This document shows positions 1-7,988 of a stretch of DNA of 27,009 nt, in pieces; within the stretch, counting starts at the first letter, position 1; each line of letters begins with the position of its first letter. The notes below the pieces were generated by a model. The model searched no databases. It saw nothing but the letters and a program-made list of their open reading frames with translations, and was not told the origin of the DNA. Source of the stretch: a virus (Duplodnaviria; Caudoviricetes). The stretch covers positions 1 to 27,009 of the IMG/VR virus record IMGVR_UViG_3300038314_001433, one strand, 5' to 3'. A program made the position numbers and the translations under genes.

Positions 1-45
1 CGTGGCTGCCTCCAGACGGGCTATCAATGTGCTGTGGTCAGGCAT
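1..45 (-). CDS. 5' end of a hypothetical protein running off the window (MPDHSTLIARLEAAT...)
   Basis: ATG at 45-43 overlaps the end of the 38..340 ORF; frame open to the window edge. Confidence 0.35.
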   Translation of the reverse strand, partial: MPDHSTLIARLEAAT

Positions 46-340
46 TCAAAACGCTCCCGTTACCCACTTGCGCACTTCCGGCACAGGTGCGCGGGTCGAT
101 GGCGCCGCCGCAGCGCGCGCAAGTATTCACGGTGAGCTTGGCCGCGACGTTACGCGCCTCGACGACCTTGAACACCGCCTCGGCCTGGCTGTCGGGCGCT
201 TTGATGAACCATTGCCAGGGGTTGTCGCGAAAGCGCTCCCACATGGGCGTGCTCACCTCGCCACCGAGCGTCACCTCAAGCTCCCACTTGTCGATATTCA
301 TCAGCACGCGCAAGCCATTATGAAATTCACGCCGGGTCAT
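38..340 (-). CDS. hypothetical phage protein with C-terminal CxxC (100 aa)
   Basis: Track ORF 38..439 re-started at ATG 340, which follows a GAGGAGG Shine-Dalgarno (347-353). Confidence 0.7.
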   Translation of the reverse strand: MTRREFHNGLRVLMNIDKWELEVTLGGEVSTPMWERFRDNPWQWFIKAPDSQAEAVFKVVEARNVAAKLTVNTCARCGGAIDPRTCAGSAQVGNGSVLNA

Positions 341-512
341 TTTCATCCTCCTCACAGGTCGGGCAGTTGCGCCATCCGGGGCACTGACCGGGCATGTCGG
401 GCCAGCCGCAGCGGCAGTGCTCTTGCTTCGGCTCGGCAATGTCCAGCATGTCGCTGGCGTTATTTCTGTCGTGCGACATCACGCGGCCCTCGGGTACTTT
501 CCTTTTCATCAT
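327..512 (-). CDS. small Cys-rich hypothetical protein
   Basis: GGAGAG SD before ATG; CRCG...CPG...CPTC; overlaps next gene start. Confidence 0.55.
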   Translation of the reverse strand: MMKRKVPEGRVMSHDRNNASDMLDIAEPKQEHCRCGWPDMPGQCPGWRNCPTCEEDENDPA

Positions 513-539
513 GCCGTCTCTCCCATGCTGTGGGGGTGG

Positions 540-620
540 TCATAGGGTTAGCGCCGCCGCCGCATACCCAACAAGGCTGCCGATGAAAAAGCCGGCGGCA
601 AATATCAAGTGGCTCTTCAT
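540..620 (-). CDS. 26-aa hydrophobic peptide MKSHLIFAAGFFIGSLVGYAAAALTL
   Basis: ATGA overlap with the helicase stop (617-620); one predicted TM segment; below the track length cut-off. Confidence 0.5.
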   Translation of the reverse strand: MKSHLIFAAGFFIGSLVGYAAAALTL

Positions 621-1819
621 TTTGAAATCGCCTCATACCAGGTCTCATTCTTTAAGGGACTACGCTTCACCTTTACGATCTTCATCTCAACCAAGATATT
701 GATAATCGCATCTAGCGACACATCATCGACATTTCGGTAAAAAGCACTCAGTAGCTTCTGCTTGCTGACGGTTTCTTGATCTCGGATGAAGTCAATTATC
801 GCATCGATGTCTTCAGCATAACGACTTCGCCCGACACCGCTGAACACCTGTGGCATTGCCACCTCAGTTCGTTCAAGTATATCCAGAGCGCGATCAAAAT
901 CACTAAGCTCGACCACCTTAGAGCTGTTACGTGAAGCACTTAGGATCATAGCAATCTTCTTTATGTGCGTCGGTCTACGAGACCAATAACCGTTGAACAT
1001 CGGCCCTATCGGATTGCCCTCACGAGCTATCAGGTCGTCACTCGCTTGGTACCAGTCCTCATAGCGAGCGAGCGCCTTCTCAGAGAACTTGAACTCCCCG
1101 ATGATTGTCTGCATGATCTCAAGATCGTGTCGGAGATCTTGTCGCTCCTTCTCACTGGGCCGCTTAAGATTAGGGTTGGTAATTGTCTGCCTCTTGCCCT
1201 TCTCAACAACAAAGATGCAGCGACTGGTAAAGCCGCCTCCGATAGACTCCTGGGTGAGTATCCCCGGGAGCCAATCCGGCGCAGTGGAGCATATAAAGTT
1301 AAAGTACATTCCGATGACCTCGTCGGTTCCTTGGTGCTTCGTCTTTCGGGTCCACAGATCGCGGCTGTCGTACCAGTTCGTTAGGTAGGCTAAGAAGGTT
1401 GTGTTCCGCTGGCCGGTAAAGACGGCAAGTTCTTCAGATAGACAGCTAACAGAAGAATGCATAACCATATTACCGCTGCTAGGATCTTTGTATATAAGTC
1501 TAGATTCCTCATCTGCCATTTCTCTTATGATTGCTTCTTGCGTGTTGTCTTCACCAATCAGATGTATGTTCATTCCCGTGAGCATCTGCCGAGCAGTGCT
1601 TATGGCATCTCCCTTACGTGACTGACCACTCGGTCCGACGAGGACAATATAGTTGTTTGGGTATATCCGATAGGGATGCCAATACATGAAGCATTTACGC
1701 TCGAGCACGGCGGCAATTGCGCTAACGCCTCCCCACACATGGTAGGATAGTGGTGCCTCTGAGTTCCTGTTAAAGTGAATGTATGCTTCAAGCCAGTCAT
1801 CAAGACGCCGCTTTTTCAT
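617..1819 (-). CDS. DUF3987/YfjI-type P-loop NTPase, probable replicative helicase
   Basis: SEAP..YH.W..VSAIAAVL N-terminus, YIVLVGPSGQSRKG P-loop, SEEL Walker-B-like motif, GGFTSR; directly follows polA; no primase domain. Confidence 0.75.
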   Translation of the reverse strand: MKKRRLDDWLEAYIHFNRNSEAPLSYHVWGGVSAIAAVLERKCFMYWHPYRIYPNNYIVLVGPSGQSRKGDAISTARQMLTGMNIHLIGEDNTQEAIIREMADEESRLIYKDPSSGNMVMHSSVSCLSEELAVFTGQRNTTFLAYLTNWYDSRDLWTRKTKHQGTDEVIGMYFNFICSTAPDWLPGILTQESIGGGFTSRCIFVVEKGKRQTITNPNLKRPSEKERQDLRHDLEIMQTIIGEFKFSEKALARYEDWYQASDDLIAREGNPIGPMFNGYWSRRPTHIKKIAMILSASRNSSKVVELSDFDRALDILERTEVAMPQVFSGVGRSRYAEDIDAIIDFIRDQETVSKQKLLSAFYRNVDDVSLDAIINILVEMKIVKVKRSPLKNETWYEAISK

Positions 1820-2687
1820 CTAACTGCTCTAGAGTTTGCCTTACGCTTTCGTAGGTAGGCTCGAAGTCGATCATGTCGCCCATGTCGTAACCCATCTTCA
1901 TAGTAGTATCGATCCAGAACTCTCTGCCATTGTACTCACACCGAGGGTTCATATAATCATTGGCGGTTAGGTCACAGAAGGCTGCAAGTCGCTCGAGGCT
2001 GGCCGTCGGATATTGATAAACATTAGAATCGTGAATGTGGCCCAACAGGGCCGCAGGCTCACATAACGAGTCGGAGCTATAATAAGTCTTGGTCATCCCC
2101 AACCTGCAGATGTCAAACACGGTGGATTGAGGTTTGAACGCGTAAGCCGCGTCGAAGAGCTCTGGCCCCCATGCGTCCATGAAGTGCCTGGCTCGGCCAA
2201 AGCAATTAGTCAGGGTGCGGGTCTCCCGCAGGTCGGTCACAATACTCTCATGCCAGACCTTTAGCCCGGGATAGGCTTTCTTCTTGTAAAGATCGACCAT
2301 GCGTTTGGCTTCGGCTTCTTCGAGTTCGTTCTCCAGAGCGAAGCGCCGATACTTCATGTCATAGTTGAGCCCGTGGTTGGACTTCTTTCCCGCTTGGCGG
2401 ATGCTCATAACGCGAGGCAGAAACTCCGCCGCGTCGAATATCTCTGGAATATGTTCCCTGCGGAGTTCCTCAATAGTGTTTGGGTCCGTATGGTTCTTTA
2501 CGATCTTGTTCTCTTTTTCGACCAATTCCTCAGGTGCTCCGCTGATGAGCATCCCAGTTATTGTGTGCGGGCTCTTGCCGGAGGTCACAACATCGAGCAT
2601 GTTCCCATCGCCCGTGAGGTAAGCCACACAGACCCACTCAGCCCCCGCCTTGTCGAATTCAATTAGGACGTTGGGTTTGGGCATCAT
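1800..2687 (-). CDS. polA: family A DNA polymerase, C-terminal chain (palm/fingers)
   Basis: Motif A EFDKAGAE, motif B RQAGKKSNHGLNY, FGRAR, PQST, motif C HIHDS; own SD AGAGGAGG. Confidence 0.92.
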   Translation of the reverse strand: MMPKPNVLIEFDKAGAEWVCVAYLTGDGNMLDVVTSGKSPHTITGMLISGAPEELVEKENKIVKNHTDPNTIEELRREHIPEIFDAAEFLPRVMSIRQAGKKSNHGLNYDMKYRRFALENELEEAEAKRMVDLYKKKAYPGLKVWHESIVTDLRETRTLTNCFGRARHFMDAWGPELFDAAYAFKPQSTVFDICRLGMTKTYYSSDSLCEPAALLGHIHDSNVYQYPTASLERLAAFCDLTANDYMNPRCEYNGREFWIDTTMKMGYDMGDMIDFEPTYESVRQTLEQLDEKAAS

Positions 2688-2880
2688 CTGCCTCCTCTAT
2701 CGCGCTGATTATATTCTGGATCACGGTTAGGAGGATATAAGGTGCAGTGGGTATAGCCACTTCCTCGGGAACCCCGTTTTGAATCATATGACTACAGATT
2801 AGGCCACACAGCTCGGCAGCCTTCTCCGGGATCTCTGGCGGTAACTCATAGTGCATAATCCCTACTTGATCAGACATCAT
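2659..2880 (-). CDS. 73-aa hypothetical protein between the two polymerase halves
   Basis: Overlaps both polA parts; true start may be the internal MHYELP. Confidence 0.6.
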   Translation of the reverse strand: MMSDQVGIMHYELPPEIPEKAAELCGLICSHMIQNGVPEEVAIPTAPYILLTVIQNIISAIEEADDAQTQRPN

Positions 2881-4483
2881 CTGACACCAAGAAGCTCTTA
2901 AACTCAGGGTGTAAGTTCTGCATGTTCATCCCCGTTCCAAAGATTGTCTGACTGCTGCTGAGGCGTCCCGTCACTGTGCCCCGTGGATTGTAGGAGCAAC
3001 GGACCCGACTGTCTTTGTCTACGCCCACCTCAAGGTACGTTCCATGAAGCTTCTTGAGCGCCCTAAGCTCCTGTACCAGCTTGGCTTCCGGTAGGTGAAA
3101 GCGGCGAACAATTCGACTCATGGCCTTATCGTCCGTTGTGGGCCGCCCAGTTTTTCTTGATATATAAGGCTTGATGCCCTTATGTACGTAGAAGTACTCC
3201 TGACACTGCTTCGGACTTGCTATGTTGAACTCATAGTCCGCAACGGAGCGTAGCTCTTCTTCCTTTTCTCTGATCCTCTTCTCGACATCAGCCTTAGTCT
3301 GGGCCAGCGCCTCCATGTTGACGCAAATGCCTCGTTGCATCATATACAACATGGGGGGAAACATCTCGATTGTTTCGTCATAAGTTTGGCGGAAGCCCTT
3401 GTCGAGATCGTCTTGTATCTCTTCCCAGGCCCAAAATGTAGCGACGGCATCGGTCGCGTTGTAGCGCCAAAACCTCTTCAGGTCGCCATCAAGCCTCTTC
3501 CACATCTTACCATCGTCTTTGTAGTAAGGCTGCCTGGTGTGCATCGAGCAGATGAAGTCGAGACCCTTCGGGAAGTCGGGCCAGATAATGTGATGAGCAA
3601 CCATCAGGTCTTCGACATTCCTCGTCAGGATGTTATTCTGCTTGAGCATGAACGAAGTGTCGAACATCATGTTCTGGCCGATCTTTACAATCGAGGGGTC
3701 TTCCAACACCTGGGCGATCAGCTCCCACAGTTGGACTTCCTGCGTCTCTGTCCAGCGATCCTTTCCGTCTGTGAATGGTATACAGATGGCGTCGCGTCGA
3801 CTGGTGGCGAAGGCCAAGCAGGAGCACTGATGATTAGTGCATTCGATATCGAAAGCGACCTTGCCTATATTGTGGAGGATATCTGTAAGATAAGCCATCG
3901 CCTCGTCGAACGAAGGGTCAATCAGGAAGTTGTAGCCAAGATCTGTTACCTCAGGAAACTTGCTTTCTTCTGCAGCCCGCTTTAAGTCCCCCATGATGAG
4001 GTAGCGCCACAGATAGTTGCCATGCAAACTGGCCGCTGGATGTATCGTTGGCACAAACTTCTTCTCAACCATGTCACTCCACAAGATGGAGCCTCGCCAC
4101 TTTGTGATCCTATGATCTGCGCCGAGTACACTCGCTGGGACGCCGCCCAAAGGGACGATTACATTTGACTTGCAGGCGGTCAACCGTTCGAGGCAAGGTG
4201 CAACAGCTCGAAGGCCCTCTTCTGTGAGGCCCCCCTTCGGCTGCCACAGCAGCGTATCGCTTCCGTCAACAACCTTGTCGCCACGTCGCCTCACTTGGAA
4301 ATCGAACAAATTCGTTATGTAGCACTCTCGTCGGATCATCCCAGCCGCGTGTAGGCATTGATCGAGTAGTTGGCCAGATGGCCCCACGAAGGGGCGGTTC
4401 ATCCTGACTTCGGTCCGACTAGGCGCTTCGCCTAATATACAAACAGGAGCTTCTGGATTGCCTTCTTCAAACGGGCTAGTCAT
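2870..4483 (-). CDS. polA: family A DNA polymerase, N-terminal chain: family-4 UDG-like domain + 3'-5' exonuclease + thumb
   Basis: UDG motifs GEAP, PFVGPSG, HPAA; ExoI FDIE, ExoII QNMMFD, ExoIII YNATD; TGRPTTD, TGRLSS, NMQN; stops just before motif A. Confidence 0.92.
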   Translation of the reverse strand: MTSPFEEGNPEAPVCILGEAPSRTEVRMNRPFVGPSGQLLDQCLHAAGMIRRECYITNLFDFQVRRRGDKVVDGSDTLLWQPKGGLTEEGLRAVAPCLERLTACKSNVIVPLGGVPASVLGADHRITKWRGSILWSDMVEKKFVPTIHPAASLHGNYLWRYLIMGDLKRAAEESKFPEVTDLGYNFLIDPSFDEAMAYLTDILHNIGKVAFDIECTNHQCSCLAFATSRRDAICIPFTDGKDRWTETQEVQLWELIAQVLEDPSIVKIGQNMMFDTSFMLKQNNILTRNVEDLMVAHHIIWPDFPKGLDFICSMHTRQPYYKDDGKMWKRLDGDLKRFWRYNATDAVATFWAWEEIQDDLDKGFRQTYDETIEMFPPMLYMMQRGICVNMEALAQTKADVEKRIREKEEELRSVADYEFNIASPKQCQEYFYVHKGIKPYISRKTGRPTTDDKAMSRIVRRFHLPEAKLVQELRALKKLHGTYLEVGVDKDSRVRCSYNPRGTVTGRLSSSQTIFGTGMNMQNLHPEFKSFLVSDDV

Positions 4484-4510
4484 GTTTCTACTTATTCCTC
4501 CAGTATAGCA

Positions 4511-5794
4511 TTATTCGTTTGCCTCTTCAAGCTCCCTCTTAGCAACATCCTCGAACACTGCATTGACAAAGCGAGTCTTGGTAAACTTATCCAAGTCCCA
4601 GCCAAACCCAACCATGTTGTTCATATAGGCAGCGCGAAGGGTCACACCACTACCAAGAAAGGGAACGATGATGCGCGCCCCGGGGAAGCAAAACGTCTTG
4701 ATGATTTCGCTCATCAGTTCGACAGGCCGCTCCGTGGGATGCACCTTCGCCTGCGGAGGAACCGGCTTGAAGTTGAACACATTACCCCGACCAGGCTGCT
4801 TGAGAACTGGATTTCCCTTCCTACATATGAAGAAAGGTTCATACGCAGAGCCCAACATCGTATCTGGAGAGGCGGTCTGTCCTGCTGTATCTTTAACCCA
4901 GATTGCCGGGACATCCCCGACCTTAAAGCCCGTCTGCCGAAGTATATCCCTGACCGGTTGATACCATGCATTCGCGAACCACCAGGCACAGAATGCATTG
5001 TCCGCCAGAATGCGATAGACTTCCAACGCGGCCTGTTCCACAAACTGGGCGTAATCGTCCTCTTCGACCTCATTATAGTTATCCATGTTCTGCTGGAGGT
5101 TGCGGCTCTTCCGCTTATCGAGGGCAATCGCGTAGGGTGGGTCAACTTCAGCGAAGTGGCAAATCCCGTTGTTAACCTTAGCCATGCCTTCAAGAGCGTC
5201 ACCTATTGCATAGTGATTCTCTGCCCACTTAGTTACCTCTTTATGATCCCTCCCCGCCTGCTCGATCATCTTATTAGTTACCAGGGCCTCTTCTAAGCCC
5301 TTATATCTCTTCCAGGCTTCCTTCTCAGTGGCGCAGTCTTCAAGATCAGGAACGGCATCAAGCACGTCGGCCATCAATATGCGCCGGGCGGTGCGCCCAT
5401 TCGAGCTGTCGAGATAGCTAGCCTGCTTCCTCGTGCTCCAGTCCGGGTCTTCTTCTTTCTTGAGTTCGAAGATTTTCTTCTCAAGCTTGGCTCGCTCAAC
5501 CCAGGTGAAGTCCTTCCGGGCGATGTTTTCCAGCAGCTCGATCTCGCGCAGATCGATTTCGCTTGTAATCATCCGGGCTACGACCGGCACTTCTTCGAGG
5601 CCAGCCTCGCGGGCGGCAGCCAATCTGCGAGCGCCAGCCACCAGTCGACCCTTGGTCGTCACGGTTATGGGCTGCAATATCCCTTTGTCTTTAATAGATT
5701 CGATCAGCTCTGTTAGGTCGCCCAAGTCTTCACGAAAGCGGTCATCCTCGTGAGTTATGTCCCCTACGGACATCTGCTTAATCTTCATCATCAA
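4511..5794 (-). CDS. ParB/Srx N-terminal domain fused to beta-class N6/N4 DNA methyltransferase
   Basis: GILQPITV...LVAGARRLAA...ENIARKD (ParB); DPPY, HPTERP and PFLGSG (MTase). Confidence 0.9.
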   Translation of the reverse strand: MMMKIKQMSVGDITHEDDRFREDLGDLTELIESIKDKGILQPITVTTKGRLVAGARRLAAAREAGLEEVPVVARMITSEIDLREIELLENIARKDFTWVERAKLEKKIFELKKEEDPDWSTRKQASYLDSSNGRTARRILMADVLDAVPDLEDCATEKEAWKRYKGLEEALVTNKMIEQAGRDHKEVTKWAENHYAIGDALEGMAKVNNGICHFAEVDPPYAIALDKRKSRNLQQNMDNYNEVEEDDYAQFVEQAALEVYRILADNAFCAWWFANAWYQPVRDILRQTGFKVGDVPAIWVKDTAGQTASPDTMLGSAYEPFFICRKGNPVLKQPGRGNVFNFKPVPPQAKVHPTERPVELMSEIIKTFCFPGARIIVPFLGSGVTLRAAYMNNMVGFGWDLDKFTKTRFVNAVFEDVAKRELEEANE

Positions 5795-6011
5795 CCCCCT
5801 CTGCCATTTGTTTTAAGAATACTTCCCGCTCTTCAGGCGAAAGTCCCTCGAAGAGCTTCTTGAACTTCGCATTCTTGTCTTGTTCACGCTTCTTGCGTAC
5901 CGTCACAGCATGTTTGCTGATCTTACGGTCTTCGCGTATCTCGCGGATCTTCGCAAGTCGCTCTTCTTGGCTCATTTCTGAATAGTCATCCACGATGTTT
6001 TCAAGCCTCAT
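5778..6011 (-). CDS. charged helical hypothetical protein
   Basis: Overlaps neighbours at both ends; ends FEGLSPEEREVFLKQM. Confidence 0.75.
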   Translation of the reverse strand: MRLENIVDDYSEMSQEERLAKIREIREDRKISKHAVTVRKKREQDKNAKFKKLFEGLSPEEREVFLKQMAEGVDDED

Positions 6012-6216
6012 CTTTTTCCCTGTAGCTCAGATCGAAGTTGCCATCGATAATGGCGCCGTAAACAAGGGTGCCTTTTTCCTCAGCAAGATCGATTGCCTTT
6101 TCAAGTAAAGACCTAAACACATGGGCGCGCAAGCCCTTCGGAATGCTTTCGACGCGATTAGCCAGGGGGCTATCCGTCTCTATGTTGATACTAAACCTAG
6201 TCCACTTTTTCGGCAT
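6001..6216 (-). CDS. small protein, possibly ribbon-helix-helix DNA-binding
   Basis: Alternating RFSINI strand followed by helices; coupled to neighbours. Confidence 0.6.
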   Translation of the reverse strand: MPKKWTRFSINIETDSPLANRVESIPKGLRAHVFRSLLEKAIDLAEEKGTLVYGAIIDGNFDLSYREKDEA

Positions 6217-6382
6217 CTTCTTGTTCCTTCATCATCTTCAAAGCCTGACGACGCCGCTCGTTGTGCCACTCAATGCGACACCATTTAGAGCAGAAACGAT
6301 GCCAAGTTCGCTTTGCCTCAAAGGCGGTGTGGCAGAGGTCACAATGCGCGGAGGATTGTGGCGAGGAATGCGTGCTTTGCAT
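6197..6382 (-). CDS. zinc-finger protein (CDLC...FCSKWC), 61 aa
   Basis: Track ORF re-started at ATG 6382 with GAAGG SD (6391-6395); four-Cys motif. Confidence 0.7.
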   Translation of the reverse strand: MQSTHSSPQSSAHCDLCHTAFEAKRTWHRFCSKWCRIEWHNERRRQALKMMKEQEDAEKVD

Positions 6383-6474
6383 TATGAGGGCCTTCAGTGA
6401 GGCGCGGGGCAGGGGAACACCCCGCACCCCATCAAATGCATACAACGCATTCCTACGGACCCGCGCATTGTGAC
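6338..6474 (-). promoter_or_regulatory. long fold-back inverted repeat sequestering the start of the zinc-finger gene
   Basis: Arms 6338-6351/6461-6474 (14 bp perfect), 6364-6373/6445-6454 (10 bp), 6378-6383/6435-6440; inner 12-bp stem 6399-6410/6419-6430 pairs fully only as minus-strand RNA (G-U). Confidence 0.7.
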
Positions 6475-6492
6475 ACAACACTAGTAAGCCGA

Positions 6493-6876
6493 TTAAACCC
6501 TCAGCTTATTACTGACTCGACCTTCATACGCTTCTTGAGTAAGCAGGCCCCTACCCGTGGCGCCGATCATATCCTCGCTATTGAAGCCACTGGCCTCGAA
6601 CTCGATGCCGAACATCCGAAGAAAGCGTGTGATGTTACGCATCTTACCACGAACCTGATCGGGTTCGTCCGTATCACAGGGATAGGTCAGATAGTGGAAC
6701 ACAGGTCCAGCGCCTTCTTCGGCGTTCATGACCTTGATACGAACCGCCGACTGATCGGCTGTGTTCTTCTTGTTCCGACCATCCTTCACGTCTTCGATCC
6801 GAAGCTCGTACTCGCCCTCGGCTACGGGATGGTCTTCGTAGTCTTCGTCCAGGCCTTGGAGGTCAATAAAAGGCAT
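6493..6876 (-). CDS. DUF669-type single-stranded DNA-binding protein
   Basis: PVAEGEYELRIEDV motif, about 127 aa, adjacent to Sak4-like ATPase. Confidence 0.75.
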   Translation of the reverse strand: MPFIDLQGLDEDYEDHPVAEGEYELRIEDVKDGRNKKNTADQSAVRIKVMNAEEGAGPVFHYLTYPCDTDEPDQVRGKMRNITRFLRMFGIEFEASGFNSEDMIGATGRGLLTQEAYEGRVSNKLRV

Positions 6877-6885
6877 CTTGTACTC

Positions 6886-7692
6886 CTAGTTGGTTGCCTT
6901 GTCGATGAGATGTGCGATGCCGAACTTGTTGGGATGCTCGAAGTCTTTGATAGTCACGTCTTCAAACATTTCCAACCCGCGTAGGCTTGATCGCACGGTT
7001 TGAAGTCCCCGATTCTCGGGGCGAGTCTTCAACTGGAATTTCACTTCCTTCTCGGTTGAAGCGCTACGCGCTTCCCAGATATCAGTGAACATGAGTGGTA
7101 GGTAGGTCTTGGCTCCACCGGGGAGCATCAACTGAGTGGTGATTTTCTTGGTCGTCTCGTCTTGGAATTCAGTGATGTGGCCGGTGCAGAAGAGGTTGAT
7201 TGGGAGCGCAGTTATGGGTCGAAATACGTCGGATAGCTTAGACCCCACTATGCGATAGTCTCCCAGATCTTCGATCTTTCCGAAGCGTCGATTGATCCAC
7301 AACTGGCGATCCATACAAGCTCGAGAGAGGTAAGTCAGCGAGTCGAATATGAGCCAGTCGTAGTCATCAAAAAACTTGGACTCATGCTTCGCGTTGAGGT
7401 CTTCAATGAAGCGAATGAAGGTAGTGGGCTCGACGGAAGCGGGTGATTTATCGTCCTTACGGGCATCTCGGTTAAACCCCTTGATTGACGAGTCAAGTTC
7501 GAGCGCCGCGGGCAGGAAGGTTTCGTAGTCCACGTCGCAGCCCTGCAAGCTGGCGAGGGCATTCGGATCGAAGAGATAGGCAAACTTCTTACCGGGGAGC
7601 GTCCAGATCAGGCTTGTCTTTCCTGAGCCTGTCGCCCCAACTGTAAGGATGTTTTGGTAGGCAAGGCCTTCTGCGTCTTTGGCATTGGGCAT
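6886..7692 (-). CDS. Sak4-like (AAA_24) ssDNA-annealing ATPase
   Basis: GATGSGKT Walker A, LIFDSLT Walker B, CTGH; sits in an exonuclease-annealase-SSB module. Confidence 0.82.
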   Translation of the reverse strand: MPNAKDAEGLAYQNILTVGATGSGKTSLIWTLPGKKFAYLFDPNALASLQGCDVDYETFLPAALELDSSIKGFNRDARKDDKSPASVEPTTFIRFIEDLNAKHESKFFDDYDWLIFDSLTYLSRACMDRQLWINRRFGKIEDLGDYRIVGSKLSDVFRPITALPINLFCTGHITEFQDETTKKITTQLMLPGGAKTYLPLMFTDIWEARSASTEKEVKFQLKTRPENRGLQTVRSSLRGLEMFEDVTIKDFEHPNKFGIAHLIDKATN

Positions 7693-7781
7693 CTTTTCGC
7701 TTTCTGTTCAGGGAGAGGGCCACAGTGCTTACAAGTACGCTTCCGTAGCTTCGCCGCTCCGCATTTAGGACAATTAGCCAT
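7608..7781 (-). CDS. 57-aa zinc-ribbon ORF (MANCPKCGAAKLRKRTCKHCG...)
   Basis: Fills the 7693-7802 gap; CxxC-x9-CxxC; no clear SD; overlaps the ATPase start by 85 nt. Confidence 0.45.
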   Translation of the reverse strand: MANCPKCGAAKLRKRTCKHCGPLPEQKAKRCPMPKTQKALPTKTSLQLGRQAQERQA

Positions 7782-7802
7782 CGGGCACTAGGTCACGACT
7801 GA

Positions 7803-7988
7803 TTACTTGTTGCTTGGGCCGATGAGAAGCGTTTTGGCTTCGTCGTCGTCCAGCTTAGGTTTGCGGCTCATCTTCTTGAGCGCATCTGAACACAGTCGAT
7901 AGGCCATAGCGGTCTTGCTTCCTGGCACATCTTGGAGATACTCCAAAGCTGCGTCAATCATCTTGCGGGCTGCGGGGATATTACTCAT
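7803..7988 (-). CDS. hypothetical protein (61 aa)
   Basis: ATG 7988 overlaps the exonuclease stop; SD-like GGAGG upstream. Confidence 0.6.
   Translation of the reverse strand: MSNIPAARKMIDAALEYLQDVPGSKTAMAYRLCSDALKKMSRKPKLDDDEAKTLLIGPSNK

Noticed and set aside
460-648. 62-aa minus-strand ORF
   Set aside because: Overlaps better-supported ORFs at 540..620 and 327..512
2688-2869. Group I intron or intein explaining the polA gap
   Set aside because: Only 182 nt, no recognisable intron core or intein splice motifs, and the downstream half has its own strong SD
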